A DNA stretch of 64,000 bases from Sphaerochaetaceae bacterium. Lineage in GTDB: Bacteria; Spirochaetota; Spirochaetia; Sphaerochaetales; Sphaerochaetaceae. Every line of letters starts with the position of its first letter. Positions within the stretch are counted from its first letter, which is position 1. Positions 48,052 through 56,116 of the stretch are shown here, in pieces. The notes beneath the pieces were generated by a model. It saw nothing but the letters and a program-made list of their open reading frames with translations. It was not told where the DNA came from and did no database searches. Made by a program: the position numbers and the translations under genes. Where the stretch lies: contig JAXEWB010000024.1 in NCBI GenBank assembly GCA_034114085.1, forward strand, positions 11,405 to 75,404. The letters run 5' to 3'.

Positions 48052-49179
48052 ATGAAAAAAAGAATTATTTTTCCAATTATATATGCGTTGGTGTTGGTGG
48101 CGCTGATTTTTGCTCCCACGGGATTCGAGCGTGACATATACTACAATGCGGAAGGCGCGAAGGCGAAGATACTGTCGGTGGACAACTCCGCGCTGATTCA
48201 GGTCGGGCTGTTTCGTGACGGCGGACAACGGTGCGAAGTCGAACTTCGTTCCGGCAGGCATAAAGGAGAGATTCTTGAGGCCGTCAATCTTTTTTCAGGC
48301 TCGTTGGCGAACGATAAAATGTTCGATATAGGCGACACCGCCTGGGTGCTGGTCGAACGGGATTCGGACGACGCTGTTATCTTCGTGAACATGATTGACC
48401 ACTACCGGATGTCCAAGGAGCTATTGCTCGCATTGGCCTTTGCCGTGGCTCTTGTCACATTCGCTGGTTGGAAAGGCGCAAGAACGGTTCTGTCATTCAT
48501 GTTTTCCTTCCTGGTTGTCTGGAAGATTTTGATTCCCTGCGCGCTGAAAGGTATCGCGCCCATTCCTGTGGCGTTTCTCGCGGGAATATTGATGTCCGCC
48601 GTAACTTTGCTGATGGCCGGAGGAATCAAGAAGGCGAGTGGTGCGGCTTTCATGGGTACGTTAGTAAGTTCATTCTTTGTATTATTCCTATCATGGATTG
48701 TTATATCAGTATTTAATATTGATGGAACCCAACTTGCCTGGTCGGAATCCTTGTTGTACAGTGGATTCCAGAACCTTGATCTCCAGGCTTTGTTCCAAGC
48801 CGCCGTTTATCTTGGCTGTCTTGGGGCGATGATGGATTTGGCGATCGATGTAGCCATTACGATGCAGGAGGTCGAGAACGCGGGCTCCGGTATCGGCGCC
48901 CGTTTGCTGTTTCATTCCGGTTTGGCGATTGGTAGGGCTGGTGTGGGAACGCAGACGACGACATTGCTGTTCGCTTACCTGTCGAGTTATCTCGCGGTGC
49001 TGATGGTTTATATGGCCCAAGGAACCCCCGTATTCAACATCTTGACGTCGAAGGCCATTTCTTCAGAAATCGTTCAGACGTTGATAGGATGCGTCGGACT
49101 TGTTGCGGTTAGTCCGCTTACGGCGGCTTCCTATCTTTTCTTCGGCCGGAACAAGAAGGTGTCCTTTGAAGAATTATAG
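48052..49179 (+). CDS. YibE/F-family membrane protein
   Basis: An N-terminal TM segment is followed by a soluble beta domain (KAKILSVDNS...RCEVELRSGRHKGEILEAVN). Then come about 7 TM segments typical of YibE/F. The start is at MKKRIIF. Confidence 0.85.
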   Translation: MKKRIIFPIIYALVLVALIFAPTGFERDIYYNAEGAKAKILSVDNSALIQVGLFRDGGQRCEVELRSGRHKGEILEAVNLFSGSLANDKMFDIGDTAWVLVERDSDDAVIFVNMIDHYRMSKELLLALAFAVALVTFAGWKGARTVLSFMFSFLVVWKILIPCALKGIAPIPVAFLAGILMSAVTLLMAGGIKKASGAAFMGTLVSSFFVLFLSWIVISVFNIDGTQLAWSESLLYSGFQNLDLQALFQAAVYLGCLGAMMDLAIDVAITMQEVENAGSGIGARLLFHSGLAIGRAGVGTQTTTLLFAYLSSYLAVLMVYMAQGTPVFNILTSKAISSEIVQTLIGCVGLVAVSPLTAASYLFFGRNKKVSFEEL

Positions 49180-49441
49180 GTGGAATAGCTACGGGAGCTC
49201 CGGCAAATATTAGGATTTTTGGGTTCTGCCGCGCAGGGACGGAGCTGTGTCATTCCTGTGAAAAAGTAGGTGACTCAACCGAATGAGAAGCTTTTCATGT
49301 GGTTGTGACTGGATGTGACTGAATCGTTCCGCATCAATTTTCCGACCGGTTGATGAACGGGGCGGTACGTGAGGACATATCCCGCTTTCTATTTCCGGGA
49401 TGATGCGGGCGGAGATTTTGACATCTTTTTTTGAAGCCCGC

Positions 49442-49470
49442 TTGACAGACGGCAAGTTCATCTATATAGT
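49442..49470 (+). promoter_or_regulatory. sigma70-like promoter of the tRNA gene
   Basis: The elements are TTGACA (49442-49447), a 17-nt spacer and TATAGT (49465-49470). The -10 ends 30 nt before the tRNA 5' end. Confidence 0.65.
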
Positions 49471-49500
49471 AGCCGATGTCGCAAAAATCGAGCGACTGAC

Positions 49501-49573
49501 GGCGGCGTAGCTCAGTTGGTAGAGCAAACGGCTCATATCCGTTCGGTCAGGGGTCCAAGTCCCTTCGCCGCTA
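49501..49573 (+). tRNA. tRNA with CAT anticodon (elongator Met or lysidine-modified Ile2; not initiator-like)
   Basis: The cloverleaf folds by hand:
- acceptor GGCGGCG/CGCCGCT
- D arm GCTC-AGTTGGTA-GAGC
- anticodon arm AACGG-CTCATAT-CCGTT (CAT at 49534-49536)
- 5-nt variable loop
- T arm AGGGG-TCCAAGT-CCCTT

No CCA is encoded. It lacks the three G-C pairs of initiator tRNA. Confidence 0.85.
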
Positions 49574-49585
49574 CTAAAACTTGAT

Positions 49586-49622
49586 AGGCGATTTCATACT
49601 GTGTATGAGATTGCCTTTTTTT
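49586..49622 (+). terminator. intrinsic terminator after the tRNA
   Basis: The 13-bp stem is AGGCGATTTCATA/TATGAGATTGCCT (two G-U pairs) with loop CTGTG. It is followed by TTTTTTT. Confidence 0.75.
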
Positions 49623-49725
49623 ATGTTCAAAATGCATGGCTAAAGCCGTGACTGAAATAGTTGCGGACAACCGATTTTCATGATAAAGAGCAAACTGCAA
49701 GCGGTACCTCTGGAATTGAAAGGCA

Positions 49726-50370
49726 GTGGGGAAAATGAGGTACACATTCACTTCGCCAATCTATACGGAGGCCAATCGTGCGTTTGGCGGGATACCGTTC
49801 AATGTGTGGGAAGAGACTGGGCTGAAAGGGAACATTCCAAGCCTGGTGTCGATATCCGGTCTCTCTTTTGAGTGCAAGCTCATTCCCAGGGGGGGCGGCA
49901 GATATCTGATTCCGATACCGAAGAAAATACTGTCGGCGGTCATGCTTGGAAAAGAATATGAGATTGACATGGAGCCTGTCGGGACGCTATCGCGGATCAA
50001 CCGCGACAGTCCATATTCCAAAGAACATCCTGTAAGGAAAATAGACGGTATTGAAACGATATCCATCCAGGCGGGCCTTTGCGGCCATTGCTGCGTTGCC
50101 ATGCTTGCCGGCGTTCCACTTTCCGATGTGGTCGCGCTGATGGGTAGAGGTCATGCTTCATGGTCGAAGATATTGGAGGCTTTGGACTATTATGGACTCT
50201 CCTATGCGTCGAAGGCTGTTTATCCAAAGGGCGGTCCCTGTCAGTTCCCGCGGTGTTGCATAGTGAATGACGACAACAGCTTCTTGCTCCAGTACAAGGG
50301 TTCATTTTGCGGTGTGACGGATGATATCGACCCCAAGAAAACAGTGAGCTATATCGAGATACTGGTGTAA
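49726..50370 (+). CDS. fusion protein: N-terminal DUF1905-like domain, C-terminal C39-like (papain-fold) domain
   Basis: The N-terminus (GGIPFNVWEETGLKGNIPSLVSISGLSFECKLIPRGGGRYLIPIPKKILSAVMLGKEYEIDMEPV) has the DUF1905 pattern. The C-terminus (ISIQAGLCGHCCVAMLAGVPLSDVVALMG...SKILEALDYYGL) resembles the Q...CG..c.aM context of C39-like peptidase domains. The start is GTG 49726 or ATG 49735. Confidence 0.6.
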   Translation: MGKMRYTFTSPIYTEANRAFGGIPFNVWEETGLKGNIPSLVSISGLSFECKLIPRGGGRYLIPIPKKILSAVMLGKEYEIDMEPVGTLSRINRDSPYSKEHPVRKIDGIETISIQAGLCGHCCVAMLAGVPLSDVVALMGRGHASWSKILEALDYYGLSYASKAVYPKGGPCQFPRCCIVNDDNSFLLQYKGSFCGVTDDIDPKKTVSYIEILV

Positions 50371-50648
50371 AGTTCGGATATCTCGTCATGGTGTGCTGTA
50401 TCATGTATTTCCGGAAAAAACGTAGATAGGCCATAAGTTCCATATGTGGCTTTTCCAAAGGGGGCGGTCGCCAATACTACTACGGCTGATGATGTAGTGA
50501 CGCTCCCTTTTGCATGTCCGTCGCAATACGACGGACACTGTACCGCGGTGTCTGAAAATATCGCTTTCATCTTCCAAGTCCTACGAATCGTCCTGATGTT
50601 TCCAAAAGTGTTTTTTATAGTTATTATGATTTCGTAGGAGTCATCATC

Positions 50649-51983
50649 ATGAATGAAACATTGGAAGCGAAGACGGTGGGGAAGTTTCGCCAGTCCTTTG
50701 CGAAGGATATGAAGAATTTGGTCGCTCAGCGGGCGGTCGTGAAGAACGGTATCAACGAAAGCGCTGTCAACAACGAAGCGTTGCGCTCGGTCAGGCATTG
50801 TTTTTCCAACGAAGTGTACGCGGGGGACATCACCAACCAAAAGCAGTCGGGGCGATGCTGGATGTTCGCCGGACTCAACGTGCTGCGGCTGGAAATCATG
50901 AAGAAATATAATCTGGCCAATGTCGAGCTTTCGCAGAATTATCCGTTGTTCTGGGACAAGCTGGAGAAAGCAAATTATTTTCTGGAAAGTATTATAGAAA
51001 CCGTCGCTGAACCGCTGGATGGCCGTTTAGTGGCACATTTGCTTGCTTCTCCCATGCAGGACGGAGGCCAGTGGGACATGTTCGCCAGCCTGGTCAAGAA
51101 GTACGGAGTCGTGCCGCAGTCGGCGATGCCTGAGAGCGCCGCGTCCTCCGCTACCCGTGAGATGGACAAGTATTTGACCTTGAAGCTTCGCGAAGACGCC
51201 ATGCTCCTTCGCACCGACGCCGCGGCTGGAGCGCAGCCTGACGCGTTGCGTGCAAAGAAGGCTTCGATGTTGGAGACAATCTACGGCATGCTCTGCATCA
51301 GCCTCGGCACGCCGCCGGAGAAGTTCACGTGGGAGACCCGTGCCAAGGACGAGGCGTTTGTCAGGATTGAGGACATCACGCCGCAGGAGTTCTATGAAAA
51401 GTGCGTCGGCCTTGATCTGGACGACTATGTGTCGGTCATCAACGCCCCGACTGCGGACAAGCCGTTTCACCAGACCTACACCGTGGCGTATCTGGGCAAC
51501 GTGCAGGGTGGAAAGCCCGTTACGTATCTCAACCTCCCGATTGATGAGTTCAAGGCTTTGGCAATCGCACAGCTGAAGGACGGGCGGGCCGTCTGGTTTG
51601 GCTGCGACGTCGGACAATGGCATGAGAAGAAGAGCGGTGTGATGGATCTTGACGTGCTGAAGGTTGACGACCTGTTTTCGACCTCGTTCCCGTTGTCGAA
51701 AGGTGAACGGCTGGACTACGGCGAGAGCTGCATGACCCATGCGATGGTCTTCACCGGTGTCAACCTCGATGAATGTGACGTGCCCGACCGCTGGAAGGTC
51801 GAGAACAGCTGGGGGACGGACAACGGTGACAAAGGGTTCTATGTCATGAGCGACGGATGGTTCGATGAATTCACCTATCAGATCGTGGTGAACAAGAAAT
51901 ACCTGTCGGTCAAGCAATTGGAAGAACTGTCCCTGATTCCCAAGACGCTAGACCCTTGGGATCCGATGGGAAGCCTGGCCTGA
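50649..51983 (+). CDS. pepC: aminopeptidase C / bleomycin hydrolase (peptidase C1B)
   Basis: The catalytic Cys context is NQKQSGRCWMFAGLNVLR. The His context is MTHAMVFTGV, and the Asn context is WKVENSWG. A GGAG RBS is present. Confidence 0.9.
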   Translation: MNETLEAKTVGKFRQSFAKDMKNLVAQRAVVKNGINESAVNNEALRSVRHCFSNEVYAGDITNQKQSGRCWMFAGLNVLRLEIMKKYNLANVELSQNYPLFWDKLEKANYFLESIIETVAEPLDGRLVAHLLASPMQDGGQWDMFASLVKKYGVVPQSAMPESAASSATREMDKYLTLKLREDAMLLRTDAAAGAQPDALRAKKASMLETIYGMLCISLGTPPEKFTWETRAKDEAFVRIEDITPQEFYEKCVGLDLDDYVSVINAPTADKPFHQTYTVAYLGNVQGGKPVTYLNLPIDEFKALAIAQLKDGRAVWFGCDVGQWHEKKSGVMDLDVLKVDDLFSTSFPLSKGERLDYGESCMTHAMVFTGVNLDECDVPDRWKVENSWGTDNGDKGFYVMSDGWFDEFTYQIVVNKKYLSVKQLEELSLIPKTLDPWDPMGSLA

Positions 51984-52035
51984 CGGTATTTGTAAAGTCC
52001 GCGAGTTTTCCGCAATGATTTTCCCGTGCTGACGG

Positions 52036-52070
52036 ACAGCCGTACCTACGCTGTACGGCTGTTTGCATTT
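52036..52070 (+). terminator. probable terminator after pepC
   Basis: The perfect 10-bp stem is ACAGCCGTAC/GTACGGCTGT with loop CTACGCT. It is followed by TTGCATTT. Confidence 0.55.
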
Positions 52071-52145
52071 AGGCGCTGCGGCATATGAAGGCGATGTGGT
52101 CGGCGGGACATTCTGACGGCTTTCAGCCTGGCCGGTAACATATCC

Positions 52146-52349
52146 TTATAGGACCGGAATAAGCCGCCGATGGTTCTGATTTTTATGCACGTCGCTGCGC
52201 ATTTCTTTTTGGCCGGCATATGAGAGACAGTATCCGAACATCAAGGTATCGGCCGAAACATGCCGGTCGTTTTGTGCGATGATCCAGTTTGCTCCTGCGT
52301 TGGCGTGACGGAGGATGTACGGCGGAGGCTTCTCGTTTTTTGTCGTCAC
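52146..52349 (-). CDS. possible small hypothetical protein (67 aa)
   Basis: The open frame has a GTG start 6 nt after the stop of the upstream P-loop kinase gene. I recognise no motif, so it could be non-coding. Confidence 0.25.
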   Translation of the reverse strand: MTTKNEKPPPYILRHANAGANWIIAQNDRHVSADTLMFGYCLSYAGQKEMRSDVHKNQNHRRLIPVL

Positions 52350-52355
52350 TATTAC

Positions 52356-52880
52356 TTAGGCGTTGTTTTTGAAATGTCGCAAAATGGCGTCTACAGACTG
52401 AGCTGGCGACAGCTCCGACGTATCCAGCCAGAATCCGATTCGTGGGGTTTCCCGCAGAAAGGCTGAATAAAGACCATCTACTGTAAAGCCGCCGTAGCCG
52501 GCTTTCGTCCTCGACCTTTCACGTTCCTTCACCGTTTCGACATTCGGGCACAGCGCCACGACCCGAAGCGGGTAGTCGTGTAGCAGCGTCGTCATGCGGA
52601 CAAGCTCCGCCCCATAGTAATTGTCCTGCAACACGACGGAAAATCCATGGGCGTAGTATTCTTTCGTAGCGTCGGCGGCCAGCTCATACCGCATGTGCAG
52701 TTGCCGTACCGCTTCTTCCGACGGCGATCCGGACATCTCTTCACGGCCAGAGACAATCATACGGCGGAATATGTCGCCGCGCAGATGAACGCCCCTGCCC
52801 AGCCGGGAGGCCAGCAGTTCCGCAACCGTTGATTTGCCGGATGCCATGACGCCCGTAATCAGGTAGATCGCTTGTTCCAT
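52356..52880 (-). CDS. P-loop kinase-like protein (AAA_33 / small-molecule phosphotransferase-like)
   Basis: Walker A is IYLITGVMASGKSTVAELLA, with size and layout of small NTP-dependent kinases. The start is at MEQAIY, which has a GAGGTG RBS. Confidence 0.7.
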   Translation of the reverse strand: MEQAIYLITGVMASGKSTVAELLASRLGRGVHLRGDIFRRMIVSGREEMSGSPSEEAVRQLHMRYELAADATKEYYAHGFSVVLQDNYYGAELVRMTTLLHDYPLRVVALCPNVETVKERERSRTKAGYGGFTVDGLYSAFLRETPRIGFWLDTSELSPAQSVDAILRHFKNNA

Positions 52881-53197
52881 TGGACGCACCTCTGTGTTCC
52901 TATGCCTGCATAGACTGGAAAAACGTCGTTTCCGGTGATGATGAATTCATCGACATCATTTCCGAAGGTATGGACGCTGGCTTGTAGTATCGCCGATATG
53001 CGTCGGGGTTTCAAGCGCGGGGATTCCTGTTCCCTCTCAAAAGGTGTGCGTTGACTGGAAAATCTTTTATCCATGGTTCGCCTGTAGTCTGTACGATATA
53101 TGATGAAATCATCCCCCTATGTGAAGGTGAAAGGAAAGACAGGCGTATGAACGCGCCGATTTTTATGAGGAGCCGAACTGAATCATATGATTTTCTC

Positions 53198-53246
53198 TTG
53201 ACAAGTAACCGGTCGTTCACTTTAATTATGGTAAACGAACGGTTAC
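53198..53246 (+). promoter_or_regulatory. promoter plus inverted-repeat operator of the TetR gene
   Basis: The promoter is TTGACA (53198-53203), a 17-nt spacer and TTTAAT (53221-53226). The 16-nt inverted repeat arms are GTAACCGGTCGTTCAC (53205-53220) and GTAAACGAACGGTTAC (53231-53246). They are 14/16 complementary and flank the -10. Confidence 0.65.
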
Positions 53247-53268
53247 CTTTTTGATAGGAGGATAGTCC

Positions 53269-53877
53269 ATGAACGATACGAAGGAGAATATTTTGATTGC
53301 CGCCCTGCACCTGTTTGCAAAAAATGGGTTTGAGGCCGTATCGGTAAGTGACATCGCCGGGCAACTTGGAATGACGAAAGGCGCACTCTATAAACATTAT
53401 AGAAGCAAGCGCGATATTTTTGACAGCATCGTCGCCCGTATGGAGCGATTGGACGCCGAACAGGCTCAACAGTACGAATTGCCGGTGGGATCGCTGGCGG
53501 AAATGGAGGAATCCTATCGCAATGCAACCATGAGACGGATAATTGAATTCAGCCTGGCTCAGTTTCGTTATTGGACTGAGGATGATTTCCCGTCATCATT
53601 TCGCCGGATGCTGACGCTGGAACAATATCGTAATGAGGAAATGCGAAACCTCTATCAGCAATATCTTGTTTCCGGACCGCTTGGCTATGTCACGGATCTG
53701 TTCCGTTCATGGAATATGGAGGATGCGCAAGGAAAGGCGATTGATTTCTATGCCCCGATGTTTTTCTTGTACAGCATGTATGACGGAATCGAGGACAAAA
53801 ACGCCCTGATCGCCGTATTGGAAGAACGGATGAACCACCTCTCTTCGGCGTGGAAAGCAAGCGAAAGAAACGGATGA
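53269..53877 (+). CDS. TetR/AcrR-family transcriptional regulator
   Basis: The HTH is ILIAALHLFAKNGFEAVSVSDIAGQLGMTKGALYKHYRSKRDIF. Confidence 0.9.
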   Translation: MNDTKENILIAALHLFAKNGFEAVSVSDIAGQLGMTKGALYKHYRSKRDIFDSIVARMERLDAEQAQQYELPVGSLAEMEESYRNATMRRIIEFSLAQFRYWTEDDFPSSFRRMLTLEQYRNEEMRNLYQQYLVSGPLGYVTDLFRSWNMEDAQGKAIDFYAPMFFLYSMYDGIEDKNALIAVLEERMNHLSSAWKASERNG

Positions 53878-54009
53878 GCGGCAGGCAATGATAATTTGCA
53901 AATACGTTGGAACCGAGTCCATGCGACATGCCGAGAAAAACGGTAGTCAAGGACATCATCAAAATAGACCGATGTGATTGAAAATAATTATAAGAGGAGA
54001 AACAGTATC

Positions 54010-54729
54010 ATGAAGTACATGCGTAGTGAAAAATACGATACCCCGGAGCTACAATCGAAAATCATGGGGCCGAACCCGATCAAACTGGAAGAAGAACTGC
54101 TGGATGGCAACCAGATTCCGCAGGATGCGGTTGTCTGTGATCTTGGCAGCGGACAGGGGCTGACATCCGTGTTCCTGGCGAAAGAGTATGGTTTTACCGT
54201 CTATGCGGCCGATCTTTGGAGCGATCCTGCGGAAAATCAGGCGTTCTTTGACAGTCTGGGTGTCCCCGCTGGAAAAATCATCCCTGTAAAGGCCGACGCC
54301 ATGGAGCTGCCTTTTGAGAAATGCTTTTTTGATGCCATCGTCAGTACGGATTCCTACAATTACTTCGGGCGCGACCCTGCGTATCTGGACGACAAGTTGC
54401 TTCCGTTCGTAAAGGCTGGCGGGCTTGTCTGCATTGCGATTCCTGGGATGAAGAGGGATTGCCACGAGAATCTGCCGGGAGAGCTGCTGCTTTCATGGAC
54501 GCCGGAACAGTTGGACTACATGCATGATGTATCCTATTGGACGAAGATGGTGGGTCAATGCAAAGATGCCGAAGTGCTGTCCGTCAAGGAGATGGAAAGC
54601 AACGACGAGGTCTGGGCGGACTGGCTGAAGCAGGAAAACGAATATGCTGTCGGCGACCGCAAATCGATGGAAGCCGGCGGTGGGAAATATCTCAATTTCA
54701 TTTCCATCGTCCTCCGGAAGAAGGGGTGA
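54010..54729 (+). CDS. class I SAM-dependent methyltransferase
   Basis: Motif I is VVCDLGSGQGLTSVFLA. The post-I acidic residue is in VYAADLW. An AGAGGAGA RBS precedes the ATG at 54010. Confidence 0.85.
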   Translation: MKYMRSEKYDTPELQSKIMGPNPIKLEEELLDGNQIPQDAVVCDLGSGQGLTSVFLAKEYGFTVYAADLWSDPAENQAFFDSLGVPAGKIIPVKADAMELPFEKCFFDAIVSTDSYNYFGRDPAYLDDKLLPFVKAGGLVCIAIPGMKRDCHENLPGELLLSWTPEQLDYMHDVSYWTKMVGQCKDAEVLSVKEMESNDEVWADWLKQENEYAVGDRKSMEAGGGKYLNFISIVLRKKG

Positions 54730-54749
54730 GCGCTGTATGGGCTTTCAGA

Positions 54750-54783
54750 CACGTTCGCCGTCTGTCTATGGACGGCGAACGTG
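54750..54783. terminator. strong hairpin between the convergent methyltransferase and guaA genes
   Basis: The perfect 13-bp stem is CACGTTCGCCGTC/GACGGCGAACGTG with an 8-nt loop. There is no clear U tract on either side, so it is only a tentative bidirectional terminator. Confidence 0.5.
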
Positions 54784-54811
54784 CATATAAAGTGGAAAAG
54801 ACTGGCTTCTT

Positions 54812-56116
54812 TTACTCCCACTCGATCGTCGCCGGCGGCTTGGGCGACACATCGTACAGCACCCTGTTGACACCCTCGACCTCCGCCAGAATACGGGACG
54901 TGATCTTCATCAGCAGTTCCCATTGGATCGGCTCTACAGTCGCGGTCATTGCGTCCACGGTGTTGATCGCACGCAGGATCACCGGATATTCAAAGGTCCG
55001 CGCGTTATGCCTGACGCCGACCGACTTGAAGTCGGGGACGACGGTAAAGTACTGCCATACCTTGCTGTCCAGGCCGGCGTTCTTGAACTCCTCGCGGAGG
55101 ATCGCGTCGGCCTCCCGTACCGCTTCCAGCCTGTCGCGGGTAATGGCGCCCAGGCAGCGCACGCCAAGTCCCGGACCTGGGAACGGCTGGCGGAACACCA
55201 TGTCGCGGGGAAGCCCCAGCTCCAGGCCGCAGGCCCGTACCTCATCCTTGAACAGCTGTTTCAAAGGTTCCACCAGCTCAAACTTGAGGTCTTCGGGAAG
55301 CCCTCCCACGTTGTGGTGGCTCTTGACCATCTTCGCTGTTTTCGTACCGCTTTCCAGAATATCGGGATAGATGGTCCCCTGGGCGAGGAACTCGATGCCG
55401 TCGAGCTTGCGGGCCTCCTCCTCGAATACTCTGATGAACTCTGCGCCGATAATCTTGCGCTTCTTCTCCGGATCGGCGATTTCCGCCAGTTTGTCGAGGA
55501 ACCTGTCCGTCGCGTCGACATAGACCAGGTTCGCCTTCATCTGGTTTCGGAATACCTCTATGACCTGTTCCGGCTCGCCCTTGCGGAGCAAGCCATGGTT
55601 TACATGGACGCAGGTCAGCTGCCCGCCGATCGCCTTGATCAGCAGCGCCGCCACTACGGACGAATCGACGCCGCCGGACAGGGCAAGCAGCACCTTCTTG
55701 TCTCCGACCTGCCTACGGATCAGTTCGACCTGGTCTTCGACGAAGTTCTTCATGTTCCAGTTCGGCTGCGCCTTGCAGGTGTCGAACACGAACGGTTTGA
55801 GCAGAGCCTTCAATTCGTTGTCGCACGAGGGAAGAGCCTTGAGGTGCTGTTTCGGCGCTGCGGGATGATCGACTACCAGCATCGGGATATCGGAATCGTA
55901 TATGGCTCGCTCAATATCGATCTCCACGCCATCGACGACCCGGTTCGGCCCTCCATTGACAATCAGGCCTTTGAGATTGGAAACCCGCTTCAATGCGTCC
56001 AGCTTTGTATCATGGGGATAAATCTCGCTGTAGACGCCAAGGCTCCTGATGGAGCGCGCTACTCTCGCGTTTTCTTCGCCGCCGAGATCCAAAATGATGA
56101 TGATGTCCTGTTTCAC
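54812..56116 (-). CDS. guaA: GMP synthase with intact ATP-pyrophosphatase/dimerisation domains and a truncated, apparently inactive amidotransferase domain
   Basis: The PP-loop is LLALSGGVDSSVVAALL. Further GuaA motifs are KRKIIGAEFIRVFEEEA, AQGTIYPDILES, KSHHNVGGLP, PFPGPGLGVR and the C-terminal KPPATIEWE. It is only 434 aa, against about 515-525 aa for typical GuaA. It has a GTG start with an AAGGAGA RBS. Confidence 0.9.
   Translation of the reverse strand: MKQDIIIILDLGGEENARVARSIRSLGVYSEIYPHDTKLDALKRVSNLKGLIVNGGPNRVVDGVEIDIERAIYDSDIPMLVVDHPAAPKQHLKALPSCDNELKALLKPFVFDTCKAQPNWNMKNFVEDQVELIRRQVGDKKVLLALSGGVDSSVVAALLIKAIGGQLTCVHVNHGLLRKGEPEQVIEVFRNQMKANLVYVDATDRFLDKLAEIADPEKKRKIIGAEFIRVFEEEARKLDGIEFLAQGTIYPDILESGTKTAKMVKSHHNVGGLPEDLKFELVEPLKQLFKDEVRACGLELGLPRDMVFRQPFPGPGLGVRCLGAITRDRLEAVREADAILREEFKNAGLDSKVWQYFTVVPDFKSVGVRHNARTFEYPVILRAINTVDAMTATVEPIQWELLMKITSRILAEVEGVNRVLYDVSPKPPATIEWE

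Noticed and set aside
49210-49461. 83-aa minus-strand ORF between the YibE/F gene and the tRNA.
   Set aside because: - It overlaps the tRNA promoter.
- Its basic low-complexity translation has no motif or RBS.
53011-53469. 152-aa minus-strand ORF overlapping the TetR promoter and N-terminus.
   Set aside because: It overlaps a well-supported TetR HTH-coding region and its operator, with no RBS or motif.
49574-54800. Genomic island or integrative element inserted at the tRNA(CAT) gene.
   Set aside because: - There is no integrase, excisionase, transposase or mobilisation gene.
- There is no direct repeat of the tRNA 3' end.
- The composition shift is mild and judged only by eye.

This is kept only as a weak contextual remark under the DUF1905/C39-like finding.
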